Positions 35,774 to 43,954 of a stretch of DNA of 64,000 nucleotides are shown piece after piece (the stretch's first letter is position 1; every line of letters starts with the position of its first letter). Source of the stretch: a virus. Lineage: Duplodnaviria; Caudoviricetes. The translations under genes were made by a program, and so were the position numbers. Where the stretch lies: IMG/VR virus record IMGVR_UViG_3300006752_000009. One strand, written 5' to 3'. Below the pieces are notes generated by a model. It saw only the letters and a list, made by a program, of their open reading frames with translations, searched no databases and was not told where the DNA came from.

Positions 35774-35845
35774 GTACCTGTAGCTCAACGAACAGAGCCT
35801 CATCGTTGTAGGTGAGAGGTCTAGGTGTAAGTCCTAGTGGGTGCA
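35774..35845 (+). pseudogene. Degenerate tRNA-like element (6/8-nt anticodon loop, non-canonical T-loop tgtaagt)
   Basis: Weak acceptor gtacctg/tgggtgc; D gctc/gagc; ctcat/gtgag; ctagg/cctag. Confidence 0.55.
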
Positions 35846-35849
35846 AATT

Positions 35850-36240
35850 GGAGTTAAGTATATGTCCGCTGTCGGAGGTTCGTTAACATTTCCCTTCCGA
35901 TGGAAGTTGCCCTCTCTACTACGCTAGTCGAAATCCACTACAGAGGAAGCGTAAATGACAGACCACTTAACTTGAGTAGTGATAGTCGCTTACTCGATTG
36001 AAACATATCGGGTAGGTAGAACCTCTACCCTTACAGGATTACTCCTGTGAGCTATACTAATACAGAAAATGTTAACGCTGTGGCTTTACGCTGATTGTGG
36101 TATGTACTTGGAGGACTTAAGCCCATCCTACCCTAAGACTCGTTCAACTCTTATTCGTTTAAGGGGAATGGGCTTATAGTAGAATGACTAGCTTGGTCTA
36201 GGATTTCCCTAGACCATACTACTAAGGGTAGGGAAACTTA
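35850..36240 (+). ncRNA. Candidate large structured non-coding RNA
   Basis: No credible ORF; many stems incl. gggtagg-GAAA-cttaccc, tggtctagg/cctagacca, taagcccat/atgggctta. Confidence 0.45.
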
Positions 36241-36248
36241 CCCACTTT

Positions 36249-36331
36249 GGACAGGTGGTCGAGTGGTTAAAGACATCAGACTGTAAATCTGACCTCTTAG
36301 GAGTACGCAGGTTCAAATCCTGCCCTGTCCA
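36249..36331 (+). tRNA. trnY: tRNA-Tyr(GTA)
   Basis: tcaga-ctGTAaa-tctga; long variable arm. Confidence 0.92.
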
Positions 36332-36347
36332 TTAAAGGATAAAACAC

Positions 36348-36584
36348 ATGAGTACAAAAGCGACAATCGCACATGGAGATGAGTTCCATGTGTACCAAGA
36401 GATGTTTGAGGGGGATGCCGTCTATCTCCAAATAGATAAGCATGGTGGGTTCGTTCAGATCATGGGCGATAGGATTACTGTAAGCCTACCTCCTAGTCTT
36501 TTAGACAAGATCGCAAAGGGTTGGCTAGATAATCGTGGAAAGTTCGATACAGAGCCAAATAAAGAGCTTAATCTTGAGGGTTAA
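36348..36584 (+). CDS. Hypothetical protein
   Basis: 78 aa, AAGGA SD. Confidence 0.55.
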   Translation: MSTKATIAHGDEFHVYQEMFEGDAVYLQIDKHGGFVQIMGDRITVSLPPSLLDKIAKGWLDNRGKFDTEPNKELNLEG

Positions 36585-36594
36585 AGAAAGAGTC

Positions 36595-36610
36595 GTAACC
36601 CCTTATCTAT
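36595..36610 (+). promoter_or_regulatory. Class II repeated motif
   Basis: GTAACCCCTTATCTAT upstream of 36645. Confidence 0.75.
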
Positions 36611-36644
36611 AGCCTAGTGTATCAACAACCACTAGGAGTCAAAT

Positions 36645-36728
36645 ATGAGCTTTTTTATCATGTCGGTCATCTTTGCAGTTGTGTTCGCACCTGCGTTTGA
36701 TGTCCACCTCTACTTGAAGAAGGTGTAA
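36645..36728 (+). CDS. 27-aa hydrophobic micropeptide MSFFIMSVIFAVVFAPAFDVHLYLKKV
   Basis: AGGAG SD; bounded by two class II motifs, stop inside the second. Confidence 0.5.
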   Translation: MSFFIMSVIFAVVFAPAFDVHLYLKKV

Positions 36729-36740
36729 CCCCTTATTTAT
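36725..36740 (+). promoter_or_regulatory. Class II repeated motif (supplies upstream stop)
   Basis: GTAACCCCTTATTTAT. Confidence 0.75.
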
Positions 36741-36764
36741 TAACTCTTGAAAGGAGAACCAACT

Positions 36765-37004
36765 ATGTCAGATCACATCAGCCCAATCGTTTGGTCTAAG
36801 CCTGTAGGCAAGGCCGCTGATACTAACGCATCTCGTATCGCTCGCATCAAGTCATACCGAGATGAACATACCACCGTCCTCGCAAACGGTGTCCGTCCGA
36901 TCCCTAAGATCGAAACTATCCTCAACATCCTCAACTGCCACGATATGTTTGAGGGTCGGTTTGAAGCTCGCCTCATTGTTGAGATGGACGACTTCCGAGT
37001 GTAA
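36765..37004 (+). CDS. Hypothetical protein
   Basis: Start reassigned to MSDHIS; stop inside class II motif. Confidence 0.6.
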   Translation: MSDHISPIVWSKPVGKAADTNASRIARIKSYRDEHTTVLANGVRPIPKIETILNILNCHDMFEGRFEARLIVEMDDFRV

Positions 37005-37017
37005 CCCCTTATTGTAT
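37001..37017 (+). promoter_or_regulatory. Class II motif variant GTAACCCCTTATTGTAT (supplies upstream stop)
   Basis: TAA 37002-37004. Confidence 0.7.
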
Positions 37018-37056
37018 CCTTAAACATCAACCCCTACTCCCCAATGGAGAACAGAT

Positions 37057-37425
37057 ATGCCATACGACTTAAACTACAATCACTTCAACTATGTTCGGAG
37101 CTTCGAGAGTGAGATCAAGTCTCACCTTGAGAAGCCCGACCTCCCCTACCTTGCTCGGCAGTTCGCCATGATGGGCTGTGGGAGAAACTTCCTCGATGGA
37201 ACTCTCGTGTGGCCTCACGAGAGTCTTGATCAGCAGTTCAATGAGATGGTTCACCATCTCCTCAAAGAGTACAAGCTCTTAGACACCCTTCGGGGCTACT
37301 TTGAGTTTGACTGCACTCTTGATGAGGATAATCCTAACAAGGTTCTCGTTAAGGGTTCAGACAAGGATATAGTATCGTTCCTTGTGGATGATCCCGATCC
37401 CCGATACTTCACCCTTTCCGACTAA
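37057..37425 (+). CDS. Hypothetical protein
   Basis: 122 aa, GGAG SD. Confidence 0.6.
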   Translation: MPYDLNYNHFNYVRSFESEIKSHLEKPDLPYLARQFAMMGCGRNFLDGTLVWPHESLDQQFNEMVHHLLKEYKLLDTLRGYFEFDCTLDEDNPNKVLVKGSDKDIVSFLVDDPDPRYFTLSD

Positions 37426-37470
37426 AAAAAGACTTGCATAGGGGTGTTCAGATCAGATAAAAGACTCACC
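37422..37470 (+). promoter_or_regulatory. Sigma70-like promoter upstream of tRNA-Glu
   Basis: A-tract + TTGCAT-N18-TAAAAG; shares actaaaaaaaga-N-ttg with the 38172 copy. Confidence 0.45.
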
Positions 37471-37487
37471 AACTACCTTCTATTCAA

Positions 37488-37560
37488 GGTCCATTCGTCT
37501 AGGGGTCTAGGACACTGGCCTTTCACGCCAGGAACACGAGTTCAAATCTCGTATGGATCA
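37488..37560 (+). tRNA. trnE: tRNA-Glu(TTC)
   Basis: ctggc-ctTTCac-gccag; acceptor ggtccat/atggatc. Confidence 0.92.
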
Positions 37561-37595
37561 TTAGGTGTTAAGCACCCATCGTTGCGAGTCATGTC

Positions 37596-37811
37596 ATGAA
37601 AAAAGTTAAGTTCACCAAGAAAGACGGAAAGAAGTCGTACATCGAGGTCGATCAGTCTTTACTTAAAAACAAAATCCTCTCCCTCTATGGAGACAATAAT
37701 CCTTACTCACTACAGAGCTTTTTGAACAACCCCCTTTCTTTCTCAGTAGATCGTGTAAACTATCAGAGGTTCAACTACTCTGATGGGAGCTTTGAGTATA
37801 AGGAGATGTAG
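37596..37811 (+). CDS. Hypothetical protein
   Basis: 71-aa ORF. Confidence 0.5.
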   Translation: MKKVKFTKKDGKKSYIEVDQSLLKNKILSLYGDNNPYSLQSFLNNPLSFSVDRVNYQRFNYSDGSFEYKEM

Positions 37812-38017
37812 TGGGTTATCAATCTAAGTGGGCTAAAGACAGGTCTAAGAGTAAGATAAACAAGATAGCTTCTCTGAAGCACCTTGCGAACAAGGTGTCA
37901 GACCCAACAGACAAAGCTAAAATTGAAGAGTTGATCTCTGTCTACCTAGACGCTCATGACTTTACAACAAGAGTAGGGTTAGAGATTGCAAAGTATGGAG
38001 ACAAGTACACAGAGTAA
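37811..38017 (+). CDS. Hypothetical protein
   Basis: 68-aa ORF, GTG start coupled to upstream stop. Confidence 0.5.
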   Translation: MGYQSKWAKDRSKSKINKIASLKHLANKVSDPTDKAKIEELISVYLDAHDFTTRVGLEIAKYGDKYTE

Positions 38018-38059
38018 TCATATAATGTGATCTAAACTGATTGCTTTAAGGATTATCCT

Positions 38060-38200
38060 ATGTACGACAACAAGAGTATATACTGCGAGAGATGCAAAAA
38101 AGACCGATGGGTAGGGGCGACCTGCTCGGCTTCAAAGAAGAATGAAAAGTGTGTCGATAAAATCTTTTTCACTAAAAAAAGAGTTGAAAAGAGTCTCTAA
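38060..38200 (+). CDS. Small Cys-containing protein (46 aa)
   Basis: MYDNKSIYCERCKK...; AAGGA SD. Confidence 0.35.
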   Translation: MYDNKSIYCERCKKDRWVGATCSASKKNEKCVDKIFFTKKRVEKSL

Positions 38201-38220
38201 AGAGGGGTAGAAGATCACTC
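38172..38220 (+). promoter_or_regulatory. Sigma70-like promoter upstream of tRNA-Lys
   Basis: A-tract + TTGAAA-N18-TAGAAG. Confidence 0.45.
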
Positions 38221-38242
38221 CAATCATATAAGTATTACATGA

Positions 38243-38315
38243 GGGTTGTTAGCTCAATTGGTAGAGCAACGGACTTTTAATCCGCAGGTTCTGGGTTCGA
38301 GTCCCAGACGACCCA
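38243..38315 (+). tRNA. trnK: tRNA-Lys(TTT)
   Basis: cgga-ctTTTaa-tccg; acceptor gggttgt/acgaccc. Confidence 0.92.
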
Positions 38316-38331
38316 TCTGTTAAATGCTTAT

Positions 38332-39414
38332 ATGATTGGAGATGCAGTGCAGGAGATCAAGAAATACTCTTTTGAACAAGAGATACATGGAACGACCGTT
38401 CGTGTCGAACTACCCGACTACAAGATTAGAGAAATCAGCGAGTCCGAGGGGAAGAACTTTGATCAGTTCTTAAAAGACACGAACGCTAAAATTGTCGGAA
38501 CTATCTATCCCGATACTTTCCCAAAAGGAGCAGAACCTTTTACGACTCATCTTTTGGATGTGCGTACAAAAAATACCGATTTCAGTTATTATCACGCTAG
38601 CTATGATAAGAACGCTAAAAGAGACTATGCGTATCACATGAAACTCATTCCATCGGGTGAGTTTGAAGCCGTAAGGTCACCGAATCAATCTAACTGCGAA
38701 CGAGACAATCCTCATAAGTATCTTGATACTATGCCTAAAGAGGGTTCAATCAAGGTTAAGATCACTCGCCCCTTTTGGATTGGCACTCACATGGTAAGTG
38801 GGAATCTCATCTCACATTATGTTCGGAAGTCTGCAACGAGAAAACCATCAAGAGATTGGAGCTTTGAAAGTACCGCTAGGTATGAGCATCTTTGTAATGA
38901 ACTCTCCGAAGCAATCGGTTTAGAACCTTGTTATTTCAATAACGAAGTAGACATCACTAAGAATGGCTTCAGATTGCCCACAGAAGCTGAGTGGTATTAT
39001 GTCGCCAAAGCTAATGAAGATTTCGTCTATTCGGGTTCAGACAATATAAATTCAGTTGCCCATTGGAGAGGTGGTCATGGTCTTAAATGGTACAACTATA
39101 ACCAAGTAGGGAAACTAAAGCCTAACGCTTGGGGTATGTATGACATGAGTGGCAACGGAAATGAACTTGTCCATAACTCATTTGGTACGCTCAAAGGTAG
39201 ATACTCTAGCAACAAAGAATGCCCTATGGGTGAGCTAGATGGAGAGGGTTATCTTGTAGACCCTATTTCAGAGATACGCACTAACTATTTGGTGGCTAAA
39301 GGAGGTTCACATGAACCTTACGAAAATGACTGGTCGGCAACAACTTGTCGTATCGACTTTAGAAACACTTATGCCCATCACCCTATGTTTAGACTTGTAA
39401 GGAACGCACTATGA
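38332..39414 (+). CDS. Formylglycine-generating-enzyme (SUMF1/CLec-fold) domain protein
   Basis: GFRLPTEAEWYY, KPNAWGMYDMSGN, KGGS, terminal FRLVR. Confidence 0.8.
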   Translation: MIGDAVQEIKKYSFEQEIHGTTVRVELPDYKIREISESEGKNFDQFLKDTNAKIVGTIYPDTFPKGAEPFTTHLLDVRTKNTDFSYYHASYDKNAKRDYAYHMKLIPSGEFEAVRSPNQSNCERDNPHKYLDTMPKEGSIKVKITRPFWIGTHMVSGNLISHYVRKSATRKPSRDWSFESTARYEHLCNELSEAIGLEPCYFNNEVDITKNGFRLPTEAEWYYVAKANEDFVYSGSDNINSVAHWRGGHGLKWYNYNQVGKLKPNAWGMYDMSGNGNELVHNSFGTLKGRYSSNKECPMGELDGEGYLVDPISEIRTNYLVAKGGSHEPYENDWSATTCRIDFRNTYAHHPMFRLVRNAL

Positions 39415-40226
39415 AGAAACTAAGTATCAAAAAAAATGTGACAAAAGAGATCACTTTCACCACAGTAAAAAAAGGTAAAGCCGACCTCAAAAAAGACGGT
39501 GGTACTGTCAGAGGGAGACATATAGTCAGAGTTACTATGATGGTAGGGAATGACTATAAAACTATCGCTGGTCTTGATCTAAACAAGATGAAATCAAGTT
39601 CTTACATTGATCATTATGAGAGTGTGAAAGAAAAAACGGGTCTCGACTTCAGCACCCTTGATTTTGGGTTTGCTTGGAGGAGTCGCAGTCTTCTTGAGGG
39701 TTTGGAACAATCAAGCCAAGGTGAGAACGATTATAGCACTCATTTAAAGACATACAATCCACACCCAAGTGGAGTTCGTGGAGTCTTGGTACATAAAGAG
39801 ACTGGAAACCTCTACATCATGGGTGTGGTTGTGGAGGAAAAAATCATTCAACATGACCCTAAAGGTAATGCTCGTAAGACAAAGGGATCTACGAGAGGAG
39901 CTATCGTAAAAGGCATACAAGAAGAACTTGGACTCCATAGTGGTAAGTGGAGAATGTATCAGTTAGCCAAAGACACAACGATTAATGGTCTTGGTGTTGA
40001 AGATAAGATCGAAGAACCTAAAGAAGATAAGATCGAAGATACTAAATATGTTCGCATCTACACAATCTTAAACAAAGACAATGAGGTAGTGAAGACTTCT
40101 AAGGGTAGATACTATTTCACTAGAGAGATTGCCCGACAAGCTCGTAAAGAGGTAGCTCTTAAGCAAAAGAAAGTTAGGATTGCTGAGAGTTGGTTTACAT
40201 CAAGCGAATGGAAGACTGCAAAATGA
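39411..40226 (+). CDS. Hypothetical protein
   Basis: 271 aa, overlaps neighbours by 4 nt. Confidence 0.6.
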   Translation: MKKLSIKKNVTKEITFTTVKKGKADLKKDGGTVRGRHIVRVTMMVGNDYKTIAGLDLNKMKSSSYIDHYESVKEKTGLDFSTLDFGFAWRSRSLLEGLEQSSQGENDYSTHLKTYNPHPSGVRGVLVHKETGNLYIMGVVVEEKIIQHDPKGNARKTKGSTRGAIVKGIQEELGLHSGKWRMYQLAKDTTINGLGVEDKIEEPKEDKIEDTKYVRIYTILNKDNEVVKTSKGRYYFTREIARQARKEVALKQKKVRIAESWFTSSEWKTAK

Positions 40227-40564
40227 GTACGATTGATCGAGTCGAAAAAAGTCTGAGGAATAATTACTTCGCATCCTCTCAGTTTGAAACCGTAGGGTCT
40301 TTCTTTATTCATCTATGCTACAAGTATGAAGCGGAGAAAGCAGGAGCTATATGTGAATGGGCAGTGTCTCATCTTGCAGACGATGGCTATGTAAACAAAG
40401 GATCGCTTCAAACACTTGATAAAATACTCTCTAACGACACTTTGTCCGATATAGATAGGGAGTATGCAGAGATCGTAAGAAAAGCGATTGGTGGTTGTGA
40501 TTTTGGACTCTCACGAACACCTAAACATTGGCATAAGACAGGACTGAAAGGACTAAGCAGATGA
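40223..40564 (+). CDS. Paralog family X, copy 1
   Basis: SQFETVGSFF...EWAV...DREYAEIV...DFGLSRTPKHW. Confidence 0.65.
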   Translation: MSTIDRVEKSLRNNYFASSQFETVGSFFIHLCYKYEAEKAGAICEWAVSHLADDGYVNKGSLQTLDKILSNDTLSDIDREYAEIVRKAIGGCDFGLSRTPKHWHKTGLKGLSR

Positions 40565-40680
40565 GTGAACCATTTGAAGGTTGGGAGCAACTGGTGTCAT
40601 GTAGATCCAACCGAAACAGAAGACGATTTTTTAGACGATGATGATGTTATCATATAACTTTACGATTGGGAGACTACAAA

Positions 40681-40995
40681 ATGAAAAGAACTACTGCTTG
40701 GGGTTGTGATAAAGAGTGTTTGGCTATGGGTCGATTTTACAACTATCTGTCTCAACATTTGAGTCTTGAAGCAGAAAAGGTGGGTCGGGTCATGGCTTGG
40801 GCAGAGGAAGTCTTTGAACAAGATCAGCTTTATACTAAAGAGATGAAGATCACTGTTAAGATTCTCTTAACTTCGGGTACTGAGGAGGACAAAGAGTTCG
40901 CTCAGTATGCTCAAGATGCTATTGAGGAAGTCAACTTTGGTATGATTAGGATGCCTAGAGATCATCAGATGCGTTATCGGAAAGAGATTCGTTGA
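40681..40995 (+). CDS. Paralog family X, copy 2 (divergent)
   Basis: LAMGRFY...AWAEE...DKEFAQY...NFGMIRMPRDH. Confidence 0.6.
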   Translation: MKRTTAWGCDKECLAMGRFYNYLSQHLSLEAEKVGRVMAWAEEVFEQDQLYTKEMKITVKILLTSGTEEDKEFAQYAQDAIEEVNFGMIRMPRDHQMRYRKEIR

Positions 40996-41130
40996 AGCGT
41001 TTGGTTGATCTACAACATTTCCTAACAAGCCTATCTCTTTTTGAGATAAGTGTTTATCATTCGCTTATGATAAAGGGCTATGGAAAAACTTAAAATGTTG
41101 TGCAAGGTAAGAAACACCTTACTCTAGGAT

Positions 41131-41457
41131 CTAGCAAGATCGAAAGGCTGAATGGGCCTCTCTTCTGTTTGTTGTGATCTCCTCAACACGACAATCATCT
41201 GCTCTAAGAGAGCATTTTACGACTGCAAATACTTCTCCTACGGACACGAGGAAAACGCTGTTGCTCCCACTCATCTTAGCATCGAGATCTACGATCTCCT
41301 TCGCTTCGTAGGCCATATCCATTTCTTCATAGATTTCGTCAAGAAGCTGACCCTCGGCAAAGGAAGGCATCTGACTAGCCGTTTTTCTCGTTGCACTTTC
41401 AAGTCTTGCAATTCTCATCTCAAGGTTACGAATGATTTCACTAGCAGATCTTCTCAT
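41131..41457 (-). CDS. Leader-bearing hypothetical protein C
   Basis: MRRSASEIIRNLEMRIARLE; body paralogous to protein D (LLDEIYEEMD). Confidence 0.75.
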   Translation of the reverse strand: MRRSASEIIRNLEMRIARLESATRKTASQMPSFAEGQLLDEIYEEMDMAYEAKEIVDLDAKMSGSNSVFLVSVGEVFAVVKCSLRADDCRVEEITTNRREAHSAFRSC

Positions 41458-41517
41458 AATGGTTCTCCATTGGTTAAGGTTAAAGAGATCACTTATTGGT
41501 GAGTGATAAAGAAACTA
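41398..41517 (-). promoter_or_regulatory. Leader cassette C
   Basis: TAGTTTCTTTAT + conserved UTR; 52 nt (41447-41498) identical to 42303-42354. Confidence 0.85.
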
Positions 41518-41541
41518 CAAATCATATAAGAGAGGCATGAG

Positions 41542-41612
41542 GGCAGTTAGCTCAATCGGTAGAGCAGTAGACTTTAATCTATTGGTTCTGAGTTCGAGTT
41601 CCAGACGACCCA
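41542..41612 (+). pseudogene. tRNA-Lys-derived pseudogene (6-nt anticodon loop, mismatched acceptor and T stems)
   Basis: Flanks resemble those of tRNA-Lys 38243; 5' end gggcagttagc matches tRNA-Met 42539. Confidence 0.7.
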
Positions 41613-41646
41613 CTCTGTAAATGCTCTTATATGATTGGAGACAATA

Positions 41647-41958
41647 ATGAGCCTAGAACGCAAAGAGCTTCAGAAGCATCTCTTTTGCAATACTCAGTAC
41701 GAGACTGTTGGACTATTCTTTTTCGATTTGATCCATCAGTATCAAGGGGATAAGGCAGGGTCTATTCTTGAATGGACAGTCTGTACACTTGCCGACACCG
41801 GCTATGTGAGAAAGGGTATGCTCACACATCTCAAGAAGCTCTTAAAGGATGAGTCTTTATCTGACCAAGATCGGGAGTATGCTGAGATTGTCTATAAGAG
41901 CGTAGACGACTACGACTTTGGTCTACAGCGAACCCCTAAAAACTGGATGCAGAGATAA
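41647..41958 (+). CDS. Paralog family X, copy 3
   Basis: TQYETVGLFF...EWTV...DREYAEIV...DFGLQRTPKNW. Confidence 0.65.
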   Translation: MSLERKELQKHLFCNTQYETVGLFFFDLIHQYQGDKAGSILEWTVCTLADTGYVRKGMLTHLKKLLKDESLSDQDREYAEIVYKSVDDYDFGLQRTPKNWMQR

Positions 41959-41962
41959 GATC

Positions 41963-42313
41963 TTATCTTGCAGTTCTGAATGTGTTAATGGCACTTCTTT
42001 GGGAGTTAGCGATTTCAAGCACATCACAACTGAAGCTATTAGGCTCGTCCATTTCGCATTTGACAACTGCGAAGATACCTGGGAGTAAGTTGCCAACTTC
42101 CACAAGGAAAATACTGCTTCCGGTAACAGACTTAGAGTCGATAACTCTAATGTCAGATTCATCAAATCCAAGATCCATCTCTTCATAAATCTCATCAAGG
42201 AGCAGGGTTTCGGCTTCAAAGGGCATCGAACTTGCCTTCTTCATGGTTGATCTTTCAAGCCGAGCGATCCTACGCTCAAGGTTACGAATGATTTCACTTG
42301 CTGATCTTCTCAT
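41963..42313 (-). CDS. Leader-bearing hypothetical protein D
   Basis: MRRSASEIIRNLERRIARLE; paralog of C. Confidence 0.75.
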   Translation of the reverse strand: MRRSASEIIRNLERRIARLERSTMKKASSMPFEAETLLLDEIYEEMDLGFDESDIRVIDSKSVTGSSIFLVEVGNLLPGIFAVVKCEMDEPNSFSCDVLEIANSQRSAINTFRTAR

Positions 42314-42373
42314 AATGGTTCTCCATTGGTTAAGGTTAAAGAGATCACTTATTGATAGGGTATAAATAAACTA
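42254..42373 (-). promoter_or_regulatory. Leader cassette D
   Basis: TAGTTTATTTAT + conserved UTR + leader codons. Confidence 0.85.
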
Positions 42374-42380
42374 CAAATCA

Positions 42381-42408
42381 TCTGAGTTCGAGTTCCAGAC
42401 GACCCACT
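42381..42408 (+). pseudogene. tRNA 3'-half fragment
   Basis: 28 nt identical to 41587-41614. Confidence 0.75.
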
Positions 42409-42451
42409 ATACATCTTGGTGGTGATACTTTGTGTGGTATCATTACCACAC

Positions 42452-42533
42452 GCCTAGATGGTGGAATTGGTAGACACAGGAGACTTAAAATCTCCCGACT
42501 TCGGTCGTGTGGGTTCGATCCCCACTCTAGGCA
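42452..42533 (+). tRNA. trnL: tRNA-Leu(TAA)
   Basis: ggaga-ctTAAaa-tctcc; variable arm cgacttcggtcg. Confidence 0.92.
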
Positions 42534-42538
42534 TATAA

Positions 42539-42612
42539 GGGCAGTTAGCCAAGTTGGTCAAGGCATCCGTCTCATAAACGGAAGATCCTGGGTTCAATCC
42601 CCAGACTGCCCA
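42539..42612 (+). tRNA. tRNA-Met/Ile2 (CAT anticodon)
   Basis: tccgt-ctCATaa-acgga; elongator Met vs lysidine-Ile cannot be settled from sequence. Confidence 0.88.
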
Positions 42613-42668
42613 TTATTTATATTTTTCTATAATCATATAAGGCTAGGTATACATAAGAAAGGAACACT

Positions 42669-42851
42669 ATGAGAACATTCGTATCAAAGCTAGGTCGCTT
42701 TAACTACACAATCCACAACCTTATCGCTCACCCCTTAATGGAAATCCTACATCTCGTAGGTCTTACGGAGTGGGGCGATAAGGTACATGACGCTACCTTA
42801 CCCTTACGACATGATGAACATCATGCTGAGGAGGAGTCCATTATCTCCTAG
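42669..42851 (+). CDS. Small conserved phage protein
   Basis: NYTIHNLIAHPLMEILHLVG...VHDATLP; AAAGGA SD. Confidence 0.6.
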   Translation: MRTFVSKLGRFNYTIHNLIAHPLMEILHLVGLTEWGDKVHDATLPLRHDEHHAEEESIIS

Positions 42852-42884
42852 AAGCAAGGCGATAAGAGGACTTTCTCATAATGA

Positions 42885-43892
42885 TTACCTTCTCTCTGCT
42901 CTGTAGACTGCATTGATCAAGGCACGAGCGATTACACGATCCTTTTCTTTCTCACCCTCAGATAAAGAGCGATAAGATGCGTCTGCAAGTGCGATACGAT
43001 TTGCCTTTTTTTCGGGCTGTGTTTGATAACGAGGGTCATCAACATTGTATGCCGCATAACTCCAACCATCGTGAACAGCATCAGCCACGATTTCTACGAC
43101 TTTCTTGTCTTTCGGGTTTGACAATACAGTTTCGAGATTGTCCATAATTGCATCAAGAGCATAGAGACTTGAATACTTGTTTGCTTTTCTCCCAAAGCTT
43201 CCAGGTGTACTCAAACCATATCCGTACTCTTTATCTAGGGCTTTGTCCGAAATGTGGGTCGCTCTTTTGATGTCCACAAGGCTTCGGTTCTGAGGAGGTT
43301 TAGGGATAGACCGAGCATATTTGTTACGACTTGCGAACTTCTTTCCATAAAACTTTTCATTCGCCCATTCAATAGCAGATCTAAAGTTCCTACCCATTAC
43401 TACTTTTGAAACTTTTCCGTCCTCTGTAGTTACAACAGTACCAGCAATCCCATTAAGTTCGTCTTTGTAGCCAAGATAAATTCTATCTTTAACAAGAATA
43501 AAAGGAAACTCATAGGGGCTTCCTTCTAGCGTGAAAGATACTTTTCCCTCTCCCTCAGCCTTTAGAGGCCATGAAGCAGGCTCATCGGGGTTTGCTTTGC
43601 CATAAGGGTTAATGAACTCGCCAACAATTCTTGATGATGGCTCAAAACTCACCTTGATGCCTCTTGCTCCTTCGCTTTTAAGTGCTCTTTCGATCTGCTT
43701 ATTAAAGGTGCGACCTAAAAGGCGATCAAATAAAGAAGTTGCTTTCAACTTGTTCTTGCGATCATCAACAGGAAAGTAGCCTCCTGGAGAATGCTCTCCT
43801 CTTGTTACAACTTTATATCCAGATGCTTGCTTCTCAAGCCGAGCTAGTCTCATCTCAAGATTTCTGATTACTTCTGATGCTGATCTTCTCAT
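42885..43892 (-). CDS. Leader-bearing hypothetical protein E (multi-segment)
   Basis: MRRSASEVIRNLEMRLARLEKQAS; internal KKFASRNKYARS; C-terminal DAVHDGW...EKEKDR resembles the RyR-repeat-like HxxW motif (tentative). Confidence 0.7.
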   Translation of the reverse strand: MRRSASEVIRNLEMRLARLEKQASGYKVVTRGEHSPGGYFPVDDRKNKLKATSLFDRLLGRTFNKQIERALKSEGARGIKVSFEPSSRIVGEFINPYGKANPDEPASWPLKAEGEGKVSFTLEGSPYEFPFILVKDRIYLGYKDELNGIAGTVVTTEDGKVSKVVMGRNFRSAIEWANEKFYGKKFASRNKYARSIPKPPQNRSLVDIKRATHISDKALDKEYGYGLSTPGSFGRKANKYSSLYALDAIMDNLETVLSNPKDKKVVEIVADAVHDGWSYAAYNVDDPRYQTQPEKKANRIALADASYRSLSEGEKEKDRVIARALINAVYRAERR

Positions 43893-43954
43893 GGTTTATT
43901 CTCCATTAGGTTTGAGGTTAATGAGATCACTTATGAGAAGCTATAAATAAACTA
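43833..43954 (-). promoter_or_regulatory. Leader cassette E
   Basis: 60 of 62 nt (43831-43892) identical to cassette G (57385-57446). Confidence 0.85.

Noticed and set aside
35940-36180. RNase P RNA (GAGGA, ACAGAAA and GGCTTAT occur in order)
   Set aside because: GGCTTA pairs locally with 36118-36126 as a simple hairpin; no GAGGAAAGUC P4 with bulged U; kept only as an unassigned ncRNA
38332-39414. FGE/CLec-fold protein as a diversity-generating retroelement target
   Set aside because: No second copy of its C-terminal region (template repeat) and no reverse transcriptase in the window; would need a whole-genome search
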